In this document: piece after piece, positions 50,408 to 60,056 of the stretch
How positions within the stretch are numbered: the first letter of the stretch is position 1
Layout: every line of letters starts with the position of its first letter
Origin: an uncultured Chloroflexia bacterium
GTDB taxonomy: Bacteria > Chloroflexota > Limnocylindria > Limnocylindrales > CSP1-4
Assembly (NCBI GenBank): GCA_963734935.1
Contig: CAVTIO010000009.1
Coordinates: 85,698-149,697 of the forward strand
DNA length: 64,000 nucleotides
Direction: 5' to 3'
The notes under the pieces: generated by a model
What the model saw: only the letters and a program-made list of their open reading frames with translations
Told to the model about the DNA's origin: nothing
Database searches by the model: none
Program-made: the position numbers and the translations under genes

Positions 50408-52075
50408 TCACCCGGTCGGGCGCGTGACGCGGACGTCGTCCACGCCGGCCTCGACGAGTGACGCTCTGCCGCCGTCCAGGGCCTCGAACCGAATACGGAT
50501 CGTCTGTCCGGCCCAGGCGTTCATGCCAACGGTTGCCGTGCGCCACCGGCCCGCCTTGAGCGTCGGCACGCCGATGCGCTGCCACACGATCGTCTGTGTT
50601 CCGTCAGCCGCCTCGACGATCGCGCGCAGATGGTCGGCAGAGCTCGAGTTCGCCTTGTGCGCCCACAGGTATCGGAAGCTCAGGGTCTGGCCGCTGCCCG
50701 AGGGGAGCGTGATCGAGATCGACCGGACAGTGGTGCGGCCGTCGAGATCGTGGGACGAGGCCTTCGCGCCGGCCGCGAGCCCGGTGACCAGGGCCGCGCG
50801 ACCCGACGGCGTGGTGGTCGGCTGGATCGTGACTCCGGCAGCACGGGTGCCGGTCGGGTTGCCACGGGCCCAGCGACCGGACGATGGAGCGGTGTCAGTC
50901 CCGTCGGGGTTGACAGTCCAGCCTCGGGCCACCTCGAGGTCATCGTCGAACGCCCCGCACCGCGCCTGCCGCACGGTGGTGCCCAGGACGGAGAGGGGGC
51001 ACCAGGCTCGCTCCGCCAGCCACAGCACCGCCTCCCGGTTTCGCCCCGTCTCCCTGGCGATCATCGGTGTCTTCGGGTAGTCCTTTCTCGACAGCTCGAA
51101 GGTGTACGAGAAGATCCGGTACCTGCCGTACTCGTAGTCGCGGCTGGTGCCGGACGTGATGTACAGGTCGCTTGCCTGCTCTGGGCGATAGCCGTTGGTC
51201 GCCGCCATGTGGCGCCCGATCCTGGCCAGGGCGGCATGGTCCTGAGAGGTCATGTCGGCAGGCACGTTCTTCTTCGTGTACCCGTACGGCCACATCACCA
51301 GCCGGCCGTACTCGTGGAACGTGATCGCAACCCGGATCTGCTGGCGGCCATCCACGACCCGGCTGGCCAGGAAGTCGCGGAACGCCCGGGTCTCCGGGGC
51401 TGAGAACGGCGCCGGGCCGCGATAGGTGATCGCGAGCGGGTTTGTGCTCGTGCGCCCGCCACCTCCCCACTTGTAGCCGTAGTTGCGGTTGAGATCCGTC
51501 CCGATCGCTGTCGTGCCCGCGTTCCGTTGACGGTTCTTGCGCCAGAAGTGGAATCGTCCGTCCTTGATGTCGAACTGGGCGCCGTCCGGGTTGACCGCGA
51601 ACACGATCCAGATCTCGCGGGTGTCCACGATGTGGGTGATGCGGGTATCGGTGCCATAGCCATCGGCGAGCCAGTGAAGGACCTGGAGGGTCATCTCGAG
51701 ACCCATGTGCTCATCCGAGTGATGCAGCCCGTCGTACAGGACTTCGGGTTCGCTCTCGTCCACGGCGACGTTGTCGCTCACCTTGGCGGCCCACAGCTCG
51801 CGACCCTTGACGCTCTGCCCGATCGAGAACAGGTGGACGATGTCGGGATGGGCGATTTCGACCGCCCTGATCTCGGCGACCATCTCGGGATAGGTGTGAA
51901 ACCCCTTCCAGCCGGCCGGGAACTCCGATGCGGCCCGGGCAGAGCCGGCGATCGACGACGCCAGCGGCGAGGGCGTGACCACGGCGACCGCAGGGGCCAC
52001 CAGGGCTGCCGCCGGCGAGACCAGGCCGATGGCCAGGACGAGCGGGAGAAGGCGACGGCGGACGCGGCGCGGCAT
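50408..52075 (-). CDS. Secreted M14-family zinc carboxypeptidase with C-terminal beta-rich domain
   Basis: Signal peptide MPRRVRRRLLPLVLAIGLVSPAAALVAPAVA. YHTYPEMVAEIRAVEIAHPDIVHLFSIGQSVKGRELWAAKVSDNV...GLHHSDEHMGLEM (HxxE zinc motif)...LNRNYGYKWG...ITFHEYG. Confidence 0.75.
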   Translation of the reverse strand: MPRRVRRRLLPLVLAIGLVSPAAALVAPAVAVVTPSPLASSIAGSARAASEFPAGWKGFHTYPEMVAEIRAVEIAHPDIVHLFSIGQSVKGRELWAAKVSDNVAVDESEPEVLYDGLHHSDEHMGLEMTLQVLHWLADGYGTDTRITHIVDTREIWIVFAVNPDGAQFDIKDGRFHFWRKNRQRNAGTTAIGTDLNRNYGYKWGGGGRTSTNPLAITYRGPAPFSAPETRAFRDFLASRVVDGRQQIRVAITFHEYGRLVMWPYGYTKKNVPADMTSQDHAALARIGRHMAATNGYRPEQASDLYITSGTSRDYEYGRYRIFSYTFELSRKDYPKTPMIARETGRNREAVLWLAERAWCPLSVLGTTVRQARCGAFDDDLEVARGWTVNPDGTDTAPSSGRWARGNPTGTRAAGVTIQPTTTPSGRAALVTGLAAGAKASSHDLDGRTTVRSISITLPSGSGQTLSFRYLWAHKANSSSADHLRAIVEAADGTQTIVWQRIGVPTLKAGRWRTATVGMNAWAGQTIRIRFEALDGGRASLVEAGVDDVRVTRPTG

Positions 52076-52248
52076 GACCCCATGATGCGCGGCCGCGGGA
52101 AGCCCGACCTCCCCGCCGGGCAAATCCCCTCGACCTTGCCGTCTGATGGTCCCGCGGCGAAGCCGGCCCGGACTACACTCGACCCAACGTTGGCCCAACA
52201 GCCGCGCGCCCGCAGGTCACGCGGGACGCGCCCCACGGGAGCCTTGCG

Positions 52249-53820
52249 ATGACCGCTGAGCGCATCAAGATCACGTATGCCACGCTGCGCGCCGACAACG
52301 AGGAGCTCCACGCCCTGTACGAGACCGGGCTGGAGAAGGCCAAGGGCAGGCTTGGCGCGTACCATCGCAACTTCGTTGACGGCGCCGAGCGCGATGGCGA
52401 CGGCACCTTCGAGATCCGCTCGCCGATCGACACCGACATCCTGGTCGGCACCTTCGCCAAGGGCACGAGGGGGGACGTCCAGGATGCGATCGCCGCCGCC
52501 CGGCGCGCCCAGCCCGCGTGGTTCCGGCTCGGCTGGGAGAAGCGACTCGAGATCCTGCGTCGGGCGGCCGAGCTGATCTCCGAGCGCCAGATGGAGTACG
52601 GGGGCCTGATGGCCATCGAGGTCGGCAAGACCCGGCTCGAGGCCCTGGGCGAGGTCGAGGAGGCGGCCGACCTGGTCCGCTACTACGCGAAGACGGCCGA
52701 GGACAACGCCTTCTACGACCACCCGATGGACAACCTGGGCGATGCGACGGTCCACACGCGGACGATCCTCCGCCCGCACGGCGTGTTCGCGGTGATCAGC
52801 CCGTTCAACTTCCCGATGGCGCTTGCGGTCGGGCCGACCTCGGCGGCGATGATGGCCGGCAACACGGTCGTGTTCAAGCCCGCCTCGGCATCCGCGATGA
52901 GCGCGGTCGCGTTCACCGAGGCATACCGCGATGCGGGTGTGCCTGACGGCGTGTTCAACCTCGTGATGGGCCCCGGCGACACGGTGGGGGACGAGCTCCA
53001 GACCAACCAGGGCATCGACGGCCTGGTGTTCACCGGGTCGTACGAGGTCGGGTTCGATCTCTACCGCAACTTCTCGAAGACCTATCCGCGACCGTGCATC
53101 GTGGAGATGGGTGGCAAGAACCCGGCCATCGTGCTCAAGAGCGCGGATCTCGAGGAGGCGGCCGAGGGGATCATGCGCGCGGCCTTCGGCTATGGCGGCC
53201 AGAAGTGCTCGGCCAACAGCCGCGTGTATGTCGAGCGACCCGTCCACGACGAGCTGGTCCGCATGCTCGTCGAGAAGACCGAGAAGCTGACCGTCGGCGA
53301 CCCGCTGCCGCGCCAGGCGTTCCTCGGTCCGGTCATCGATCAGCGCGCCGTGGACCGGCATCAGCAGGCTGTTGCCGAGGCCAGGCGTGACGGCACGGTG
53401 TTCACCGGCGGCGAGCACCTGACCGACGGGGCGCTGGCTCGCGGCTACTACGTTGAACCGACGGTCGTGGGCAACCTGCCCGCGGACCACCGGCTGTTCC
53501 AGGACGAGCTGTTCGCCCCGTTCACCGCGGTTCATGCGGTCGACTCCCTGGACGAGGCCCTGAGGCTCGCCAACAACGTGGTGTACGGGCTGACCGCCGG
53601 CGTGTACTCGTCGGACCCTGCCGAGGTCCAGCGCTTCCTGGAGGAGATCGAGGCGGGCGTGCTGTACGTCAACCGCCGCGCCGGAGCGACCACCGGTGCG
53701 TGGCCGGGCGTGCAGGCGTTCGGTGGCTGGAAGGGGTCAGGCTCGACCGGCAAAGCCGGCCTGTCGATGTATTACGTGGCCCAGTTCCTGCGCGAGCAGA
53801 GCCACACCGTGGTGGATTAG
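52249..53820 (+). CDS. Aldehyde dehydrogenase family; L-glutamate gamma-semialdehyde (1-pyrroline-5-carboxylate) dehydrogenase RocA/PruA type
   Basis: 523 aa; FAVISPFNFPMAL...VVFKPAS...IVEMGGKNPAIV...GYGGQKCSANSRVYV...AFGGWKGSGSTGKAG. The C-terminal motif resembles RocA-type P5C dehydrogenases. Confidence 0.7.
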   Translation: MTAERIKITYATLRADNEELHALYETGLEKAKGRLGAYHRNFVDGAERDGDGTFEIRSPIDTDILVGTFAKGTRGDVQDAIAAARRAQPAWFRLGWEKRLEILRRAAELISERQMEYGGLMAIEVGKTRLEALGEVEEAADLVRYYAKTAEDNAFYDHPMDNLGDATVHTRTILRPHGVFAVISPFNFPMALAVGPTSAAMMAGNTVVFKPASASAMSAVAFTEAYRDAGVPDGVFNLVMGPGDTVGDELQTNQGIDGLVFTGSYEVGFDLYRNFSKTYPRPCIVEMGGKNPAIVLKSADLEEAAEGIMRAAFGYGGQKCSANSRVYVERPVHDELVRMLVEKTEKLTVGDPLPRQAFLGPVIDQRAVDRHQQAVAEARRDGTVFTGGEHLTDGALARGYYVEPTVVGNLPADHRLFQDELFAPFTAVHAVDSLDEALRLANNVVYGLTAGVYSSDPAEVQRFLEEIEAGVLYVNRRAGATTGAWPGVQAFGGWKGSGSTGKAGLSMYYVAQFLREQSHTVVD

Positions 53821-54035
53821 CGTCCTCCAGGGTCCGCGGGGGATCGCGTCCGTTGCCTGTGAGCGGCGGCAGACCGCCATGCGTCCCGATCGTCGCTGCG
53901 CCCGGGCGCTCTGCTATCCTCCGTATGCAGGATGCATAGGTTCTATGCGCCCGACCAGGGCCTGGGGCCACCGCGCCGCCAGGCCCCGCTGATGGAGAGT
54001 CGCCCACTGTCGGCGAGCCAGCCCAAGGAGGCCCC

Positions 54036-55397
54036 GTGACCACCCCGCTCCAGGCGCGTCCCGTCCCCGACCTCGTCACCGCGGTGCCCGGCCCCAAGGC
54101 CCGGGCGCACATCGAGTTCGACCACGCCTGGACGAGCCCGAGCCTCCCACGCGCCTATCCGCTGGTGCCCGCCCGGGGCCGGGGAGCCGCGCTCGAGGAC
54201 ATCGACGGGAACATCTTCCTTGACTTCGCCGCCGGGATTGCCGTCAACTCGACCGGCCACAGCCATCCTGACGTTGTTGCCGCGATCCAGGCGCAGGCCG
54301 CAGAGCTGCAGCACATGAGTGCCAGCGACTTCTACCTGCCGATCTACGCCGAGGCCGCGGCGGAGCTCGCGCGCATCTCGCCGATGGAGGACGGGGCGCG
54401 GGTGTTCATCGGCAACTCGGGCGCCGAGGCGGTCGAGGCGGGACTCAAGCTCGCGCGCAACCACACGGGCCGGGCGAACATCATCGCGTTCCTGGGCGCG
54501 TTCCACGGTCGGACGATGGGGGCGGTCAGTCTCACGGCCAGCAAGGCGAAGTACCACGCGGGCTTCGGCCCCATGCTGCCCGGCGTCTATCACGTCCCGT
54601 ACGGCAGTGTCGGGCTGGACGAGATGGAGGACCGCATCTTCGCGCGGCTGATGCCCGCCGACGAGTTCGCGGCCGTGATCGTCGAGCCGATCCAGGGAGA
54701 GGGCGGCTACGTGGTCCCCGAGGACGACTTCCTGCCGCGACTCCGGGAGCTGTGCGACCGCCACGGGATCCTGCTGATCGCCGACGAGGTCCAGTCCGGC
54801 GCCGGCCGCACCGGCAAGATGTGGGCGATCGAGCACTGGGGCGTCGAGCCTGACATCCTGCTCACTGCCAAGGGGATCGGATCCGGCATGCCCGTGGGCG
54901 CGATGATCGCTCGATCCGACGTCATGACGTGGGGTCCGGGCGCACACGGCAGCACGTACGGCGGCAACCCGGTGGCGCTGGCGGCGATGCTGGCCACGAT
55001 CCGCCTGCTCGAGAGCGGGCTGGTGGCCAACGCGGCGGTTCGCGGCCGCGAGCTCCTGGACGCCCTGGCCCCGCTCGTGGACCGCTTCCCAACGCTGGTG
55101 CACGATGTCCGCGGCAAGGGCCTCATGATCGGGATCGAGTTCGACTCGGCAGAGACGGCCCATGCGGTTCAGCTGCAGGCCTTCGAGCGGGGTCTGCTGG
55201 TGCTCGAGGCGGGTGACAACGCCGTGCGCATGTCGCCGCCGCTCATCATCAGCAAGTCGGAAGCGGAGACGGCAGTGCGCATCTTCACCGAGGTGGTCGC
55301 CCACGTGGCTGCCCACCGGGAGGAGGACGTCGCGGAGCTGGAGGCCGAGATCAAGGCGGGGTTGGTCACCGAGGGGTTCGGCGCGTCCGGGCGCTAG
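54036..55397 (+). CDS. gabT: Class-III (omega) aminotransferase, 4-aminobutyrate aminotransferase-like
   Basis: GNIFLDFAAGIAVNSTGHSHPDVVAAIQAQA...IVEPIQGEGGYVVP...LIADEVQSGAGRTGKMWAIEHWGVEPDILLTAKGIGSGMPVGA (PLP-lysine region). Confidence 0.65.
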   Translation: MTTPLQARPVPDLVTAVPGPKARAHIEFDHAWTSPSLPRAYPLVPARGRGAALEDIDGNIFLDFAAGIAVNSTGHSHPDVVAAIQAQAAELQHMSASDFYLPIYAEAAAELARISPMEDGARVFIGNSGAEAVEAGLKLARNHTGRANIIAFLGAFHGRTMGAVSLTASKAKYHAGFGPMLPGVYHVPYGSVGLDEMEDRIFARLMPADEFAAVIVEPIQGEGGYVVPEDDFLPRLRELCDRHGILLIADEVQSGAGRTGKMWAIEHWGVEPDILLTAKGIGSGMPVGAMIARSDVMTWGPGAHGSTYGGNPVALAAMLATIRLLESGLVANAAVRGRELLDALAPLVDRFPTLVHDVRGKGLMIGIEFDSAETAHAVQLQAFERGLLVLEAGDNAVRMSPPLIISKSEAETAVRIFTEVVAHVAAHREEDVAELEAEIKAGLVTEGFGASGR

Positions 55398-55474
55398 TGC
55401 CGCCCCGGGACGGTCCTGGAAGGGCCACCGAGGAACGACGAGTCGCCGCCGGCCACGGCAAGGAGCGGAGGAGC

Positions 55475-56401
55475 ATGCCTGGCAAGGTCACCTCGATGCG
55501 CGACGCGATCGCGGACCTGGTCCGCGACGGTGACACCGTGGCAATCGAGGGCTTCACGCACCTGATCGGGTTCGCCGCCGGGCACGAGATCATCCGGCAG
55601 CGAAAGCGCGATCTCACCCTCGCGCGGATGACGCCCGACGTCATCTATGACCAGATGATCGCCGCCGGCGTCGCCCGCAAGCTCATCTTCAGCTGGCTGG
55701 GCAACCCGGGTGTCGGTGGGCTGAACGCGATCCGACGCCGGATCGAGCCCGCCGCGGTGGGCGACGGCACGCCGCTGGAGGTCGAGGAGTACAGCCACTT
55801 CGGCATGGTCGCGCGCTACACGGCGGGGGCGGCGAACCTGCCATTCATGCCGATTCGCTCGTACTTCGAGACCGACCTGCCGACTGCGAACCCGCTGATC
55901 AGGGAGATCCGCAGCCCGTACTCGGACGAGACGGTCTACGCGGTACCGCCGCTCACCCCCGACGTCACGGTCGTCCACGCGCAGCGCGCCGATGCGGCCG
56001 GCAACACCCAGATCTGGGGGCTGCTGGGTTGCCAGAAGGAGGCGGCGTTCGCGGCCGACCGAGTGATCGTTGTGGTCGAGGAGATGGTGGACGAGGCAGT
56101 GATCCGGGCCGACCCCAATCGGACCGTGATCCCGGGTCTGATCGTCGACGCGGTCGTGGTCGAACCGTGGGGTGCGCACCCGTCCTACGTGCAGGGCGTG
56201 TATGACCGCGACAATCGCTTCTACCTCGACTGGGATCCGATCTCCCGGGACGAAAACGCGCTCCAGGCATGGCTTCGCGAGTGGGTTTACGAGCTCGATG
56301 GGCGCGCGTCATACGTGGACAAGCTGGGCGCCGAGCGGATCGAGTCGCTGCGGCCCGGCAGCGCGCCCTCGGGCTCGGTCGAGTACGGGGCGTACGAATG
56401 A
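55475..56401 (+). CDS. CoA-transferase subunit A (glutaconate/3-oxoacid CoA-transferase family)
   Basis: GGAGCGGAGG SD before the ATG at 55475; MPGKVTSMRDAIADLVRDGDTVAIEGFTHLIGFAAGHEIIRQ...; 308 aa is consistent with GctA-like subunits. Confidence 0.65.
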   Translation: MPGKVTSMRDAIADLVRDGDTVAIEGFTHLIGFAAGHEIIRQRKRDLTLARMTPDVIYDQMIAAGVARKLIFSWLGNPGVGGLNAIRRRIEPAAVGDGTPLEVEEYSHFGMVARYTAGAANLPFMPIRSYFETDLPTANPLIREIRSPYSDETVYAVPPLTPDVTVVHAQRADAAGNTQIWGLLGCQKEAAFAADRVIVVVEEMVDEAVIRADPNRTVIPGLIVDAVVVEPWGAHPSYVQGVYDRDNRFYLDWDPISRDENALQAWLREWVYELDGRASYVDKLGAERIESLRPGSAPSGSVEYGAYE

Positions 56402-56453
56402 CTTCGACGGGACCGCACGGGGTGCGCGGCGTGCGCCTCGAGGCATCAGGGAC

Positions 56454-57224
56454 ATGACGTTCTCGAAGAGCGAGATGATGATCGTGGCCGCGGCGCGCGA
56501 GCTGGCCGGCCAGCGAGTGTGCTTCGTCGGCGTCGGCCTCCCCAACATCGCCGTCAACCTCGCCCAGCGCACGGTCGCGCCCGAGCTCGAGCTCGTCTAC
56601 GAGGCCGGCGTGTTCGGCGCTCGCCCGGCGCGCCTGCCGCTGTCCATCGGCGACCCCACGATCGTCACGGGCGCCACGGCGGTGGTGTCGATGTTCGAGC
56701 TGTTCGCCTTCTACCTCCAGCGAGGGCTGGTGGACGTCGGCTTCCTGGGCGCCGCCCAGATCGACCGTTTCGGCAACATCAACACCACCGTGATCGGCGA
56801 CTACGCGGCACCGAAGACGCGCCTGCCTGGCTCGGGCGGGGCGTGCGAGATCGCGATCCACGCTCGCCAGGTGTTCGTGATCATGCGCCAGTCGAAGCGG
56901 TCCTTTGTGGAGCGCATCGACTTCCGGACCTCGCCCGGGAACCTCGGTGGTGCTGAACAGGCCGCGGCCATTCGACGCGCCGGCGGGTGGCACGGGAGCG
57001 GACCGAGCGTGGTCGTGACCGACCTCGGCATCTGGCACTTCGACGAGACTGGCGAGATGCGGCTGGACTCCCTGCATCCGGGCGTCACGCTCGACGACGT
57101 GCGCGCGACGATCGCCTGGGAGCCCCGGATCAGCCCCGAGCTCGCGACGACGCCAGAACCCACCGCCGGGGAGCTGCGGCTGGTGCGCGACGAGCTCGAT
57201 CCAGGGGGCGTCTACACCAGGTAG
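56454..57224 (+). CDS. CoA-transferase subunit B
   Basis: MTFSKSEMMIVAAARELAGQRVCFVGVGLPNIAVNLAQ...PGSGGACEIAIHARQVFVIMRQSKRSFVERIDFRTSPG (conserved SGG-containing glutamate region). The ORF-track N-terminus from 56172 overlaps subunit A out of frame. Confidence 0.65.
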   Translation: MTFSKSEMMIVAAARELAGQRVCFVGVGLPNIAVNLAQRTVAPELELVYEAGVFGARPARLPLSIGDPTIVTGATAVVSMFELFAFYLQRGLVDVGFLGAAQIDRFGNINTTVIGDYAAPKTRLPGSGGACEIAIHARQVFVIMRQSKRSFVERIDFRTSPGNLGGAEQAAAIRRAGGWHGSGPSVVVTDLGIWHFDETGEMRLDSLHPGVTLDDVRATIAWEPRISPELATTPEPTAGELRLVRDELDPGGVYTR

Positions 57225-57272
57225 CCGCTCAGTTGTGGCTAGCCCGCTCAGCCTGGCGCCGGGCGTGGGCGG

Positions 57273-58013
57273 TCAGAAGCCGACGTTCTGCGGCAGGCTC
57301 GCGATGACCACGATCCCGCCGGCGAACAGCAGCACCGCCATCGTGATCATCAACCGTCGAGTGTTCTGGTGCTTGAACTTCGTCCCGACCCCGGCGAAGA
57401 ACAGGACCGACGCCATGATCACGACGACGATCACGAAGTTGTCGCCTGTCTGATTGGCACTCCGCGCTACTGCCGACAGTTCCTCGGCCCGAGCCAGCTC
57501 ATCATCGGCCTGCGTCTGGGCGGCGAGCACGTACTCCGGCCGGACGAACGGCGTGCCGTCGGGGATCGAGCCGGCCGGCACCGTCCCCAGCCAGGCGTCG
57601 AAGGCCGGCTTGAACTCCTCGCGGAACCGCTGCTCGTAGAAGTCACGGAGGGTGGTCTCGTCCGCAGCATATGCCTGCAGCCACGCCACGAACACCGCCA
57701 CGTCGACCTGGCGCTGGGCCGTCGCGAGGTTCGAGCTCCGGACGGACTCGGTTCGAGACGCGCTCGCGGCGCTGAAGGAGTTGGACTGCACGCCTCCCCA
57801 GCGGGTCGCCTGGTAGGCGGACCAGGCCGAGGCGATGGTCGCAGCCGCCAGCAGGATCGCTGCGGCGAGCTCGATCCAGTCGCTCTTGCCGAATCGCTCG
57901 GCGACCGAGTCGGCGCGCGAGGAGAGGGTCGGCGAGGACGCCGCGTCGTCTGCCGGCGGGTTCGTCGAGCCGGCATCCTGGCTCGACGTCAGGGGGCCCT
58001 CCTCGGTCGACAT
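57273..58013 (-). CDS. Hypothetical membrane protein (DUF4337-like)
   Basis: Two predicted TM helices (WIELAAAILLAAATIASAWSAY; FVIVVVIMASVLFFAGVG...MITMAVLLFAGGIVVIASL); acidic Ser/Thr-rich N-terminus. Confidence 0.45.
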   Translation of the reverse strand: MSTEEGPLTSSQDAGSTNPPADDAASSPTLSSRADSVAERFGKSDWIELAAAILLAAATIASAWSAYQATRWGGVQSNSFSAASASRTESVRSSNLATAQRQVDVAVFVAWLQAYAADETTLRDFYEQRFREEFKPAFDAWLGTVPAGSIPDGTPFVRPEYVLAAQTQADDELARAEELSAVARSANQTGDNFVIVVVIMASVLFFAGVGTKFKHQNTRRLMITMAVLLFAGGIVVIASLPQNVGF

Positions 58014-58113
58014 CGGCTCCTCCAGTGCTGCCCCGGGTCGAGGCTCGTCCCGTGGAGGATAGCCCCTGGCGAACGGGCCTTGTGGCCGGGAAGAGCGTTA
58101 CCCGACCGGGCCG

Positions 58114-58596
58114 CTACCCGCGTTCGCGTGGACGCACCACCAGCACCGGGCATGGCGCATGCCGCACGACGTGGTCCGAGACGCTGCCCAGGAAGAACCG
58201 CCCCACCGCCCCGCGGCCGTGGCTACCGACGAGGACCATGTCCACGCCCTCGGCGGTGGCTGCCTCCACGATCATGTTCCCGGGGTCGCCTTCCCAGACC
58301 AGGAACGACACCGTGACACCCTCGGTCCGCCCGCGCTCGACGAGCGTCTGGGCGAGCTGCGCCCGCCGGGCGCGGACCTGGTCCATCCGCGTGCTCGCCC
58401 GGCCGCCCGGCCGCAGCAGTGTTCCAGGGTCGATGACGGACACGACCAACAGCTGGGCCCCGAACCCCCTCGCGAGCTCGAACGCCTCGTCGGTCGCCGC
58501 CGCCGAGGCCTCGCTCAGGTCCGTCGCGAGGAGCAGCTTGTCGTGCCGCGGCGGCGGTCCATGCAGACGCGCCGCGTAGGCAGCGCCCGTCATCAC
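58114..58596 (-). CDS. Universal stress protein (UspA family)
   Basis: LLLATDLSEASAAATDEAFELARGFGAQLLVVSV...MVLVGSHGRGAVGRFFLGSVSDHVVRHAPCPVLVV. Confidence 0.8.
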   Translation of the reverse strand: MMTGAAYAARLHGPPPRHDKLLLATDLSEASAAATDEAFELARGFGAQLLVVSVIDPGTLLRPGGRASTRMDQVRARRAQLAQTLVERGRTEGVTVSFLVWEGDPGNMIVEAATAEGVDMVLVGSHGRGAVGRFFLGSVSDHVVRHAPCPVLVVRPRERG

Positions 58597-58626
58597 GCCC
58601 TGCTCCGGCTCATGGGGCCGGCCGGC

Positions 58627-59922
58627 TCAGCTCGCCGGCAGGATGGCGAGCGCCGTCACCATCCCGAACATCCCGTCCAGCCCTTCGGCATGCGGCAGGA
58701 TATGGCAGTGGAAGGCCCACACCCCCGGGCGGGTGCAGTCGACGATCGCGTCCCAGCGCTCGCCAGGGTTGACGCCCAGGGTGTCGCACATGAACGACGC
58801 GGGGCCGAGATCGGCGCCGTCCCGGGCGACCACCTGCATCCGGAACCCGTGGGTGTGCCACGGGTGGGTCATGATTCCCTCGTTCATGAACCGGATCAGG
58901 ACCTTGTCCCCGACCTTGGCCACGATCGGGGTGGTCGCCGGGAATCCATGGCCGTTGATGGTGAAGCCGCCCAGGGCGTCGTTGTGGATGAACACGACCT
59001 CCTGGGTCACGCCGTGCTTCTGGTCGTAGCGTTGCGCCGGGTTCTTGGGGTCGACGATGAACGCACCCAACAGCCCACGGCCAACCTGGTCGGTGGCGTT
59101 GTGATGCGAGTGGTACATGTGTGAGCCGGCCGGCGTGGCCACGAACTCGTAGGTAAAGGTCTCACCGGGGCCGAACGGGATCTGATTCACGAACGCCACG
59201 CCGTCCTGACGGAAGTCCTCGGGCTCGAGTCCGTGGAAATGGATGCTGGTGGTCTCGGCGAGGTTGTTGGTGAAGTTGATCCGGACCTTGTCGCCCTCGA
59301 CGACGCGCATCATCGGCCCCGGCCACATCTTGTTGTAGCCGAGCGCGGCGACAGGTGGGTTGACCGCATCGATCGGCCATTCCATCTCGTCCACGGTCAG
59401 GTCGAACACCTTGGTGCCATCGGCATCCACGGTGGGATCGAGCGGCTGGTTGCCCTGGGGCACCATCGTGAACTCGGGATCGTCGGGGTTGGGGCCGAGG
59501 ACGTTGTCGAGAATGTCGCTGATGCCCAGCGAGTCCGACAGGTTGCCCACAAACCGCCGGACCTTGATCTGCGCGTTGAGGTCGTGCTCCGTCCAGCCGG
59601 CCGGCAGCGCAACCGACGGCGATGACGACGGCGCCATGGACGGGGCGACGGACGCGCCGGCGGACGGCGCGACCGACGGCGCGCTGCTCGGGTTGCCCGG
59701 CCCGGTCGTCGGGTTGGCGGGCGCGGGACCGAAGCTCCAGGCGGGCGCGCCGGCGGGCTGGCACGCCGCGACCGTGGCCACCACGATGCCGCCGCCGGCG
59801 ATCCCGGCCGCGCGCAGGAAGCCGCGCCGGCTCAGCTGGCTCGTGGCCGGTGGCGCGGAATCCTGCGCGGGCTCGGCCGGGGACGCGTCGGTCGACAGGT
59901 TGACGTTGGGTTCCACGGGCAC
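58627..59922 (-). CDS. Tat-exported multicopper oxidase (two-domain laccase-like)
   Basis: Tat signal SRRGFLRAAGIAGGGIVVATVAA; Ala/Pro/Ser-rich linker; copper-binding motifs HFHG, HSHH, HTHG, HCHILPH. Confidence 0.8.
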   Translation of the reverse strand: MPVEPNVNLSTDASPAEPAQDSAPPATSQLSRRGFLRAAGIAGGGIVVATVAACQPAGAPAWSFGPAPANPTTGPGNPSSAPSVAPSAGASVAPSMAPSSSPSVALPAGWTEHDLNAQIKVRRFVGNLSDSLGISDILDNVLGPNPDDPEFTMVPQGNQPLDPTVDADGTKVFDLTVDEMEWPIDAVNPPVAALGYNKMWPGPMMRVVEGDKVRINFTNNLAETTSIHFHGLEPEDFRQDGVAFVNQIPFGPGETFTYEFVATPAGSHMYHSHHNATDQVGRGLLGAFIVDPKNPAQRYDQKHGVTQEVVFIHNDALGGFTINGHGFPATTPIVAKVGDKVLIRFMNEGIMTHPWHTHGFRMQVVARDGADLGPASFMCDTLGVNPGERWDAIVDCTRPGVWAFHCHILPHAEGLDGMFGMVTALAILPAS

Positions 59923-60056
59923 GGGTTCTCCGGTGCGGGGGGACGACTGGTGTGGGGAATGGTCCGGGCAGCGGTCACCCGGTGCGAAGGGACCAATGGC
60001 CGAAAGCGCGGGGGCCGAACGCCCCGGGGCCGCGGCTGGCTGCTAGTCTGCCACCG

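Noticed and set aside
51778-57077. Minus ORFs 51778..53535, 53943..55316 and 55965..57077
   Set aside because: They are shadows of the aldehyde dehydrogenase, aminotransferase and CoA-transferase genes.
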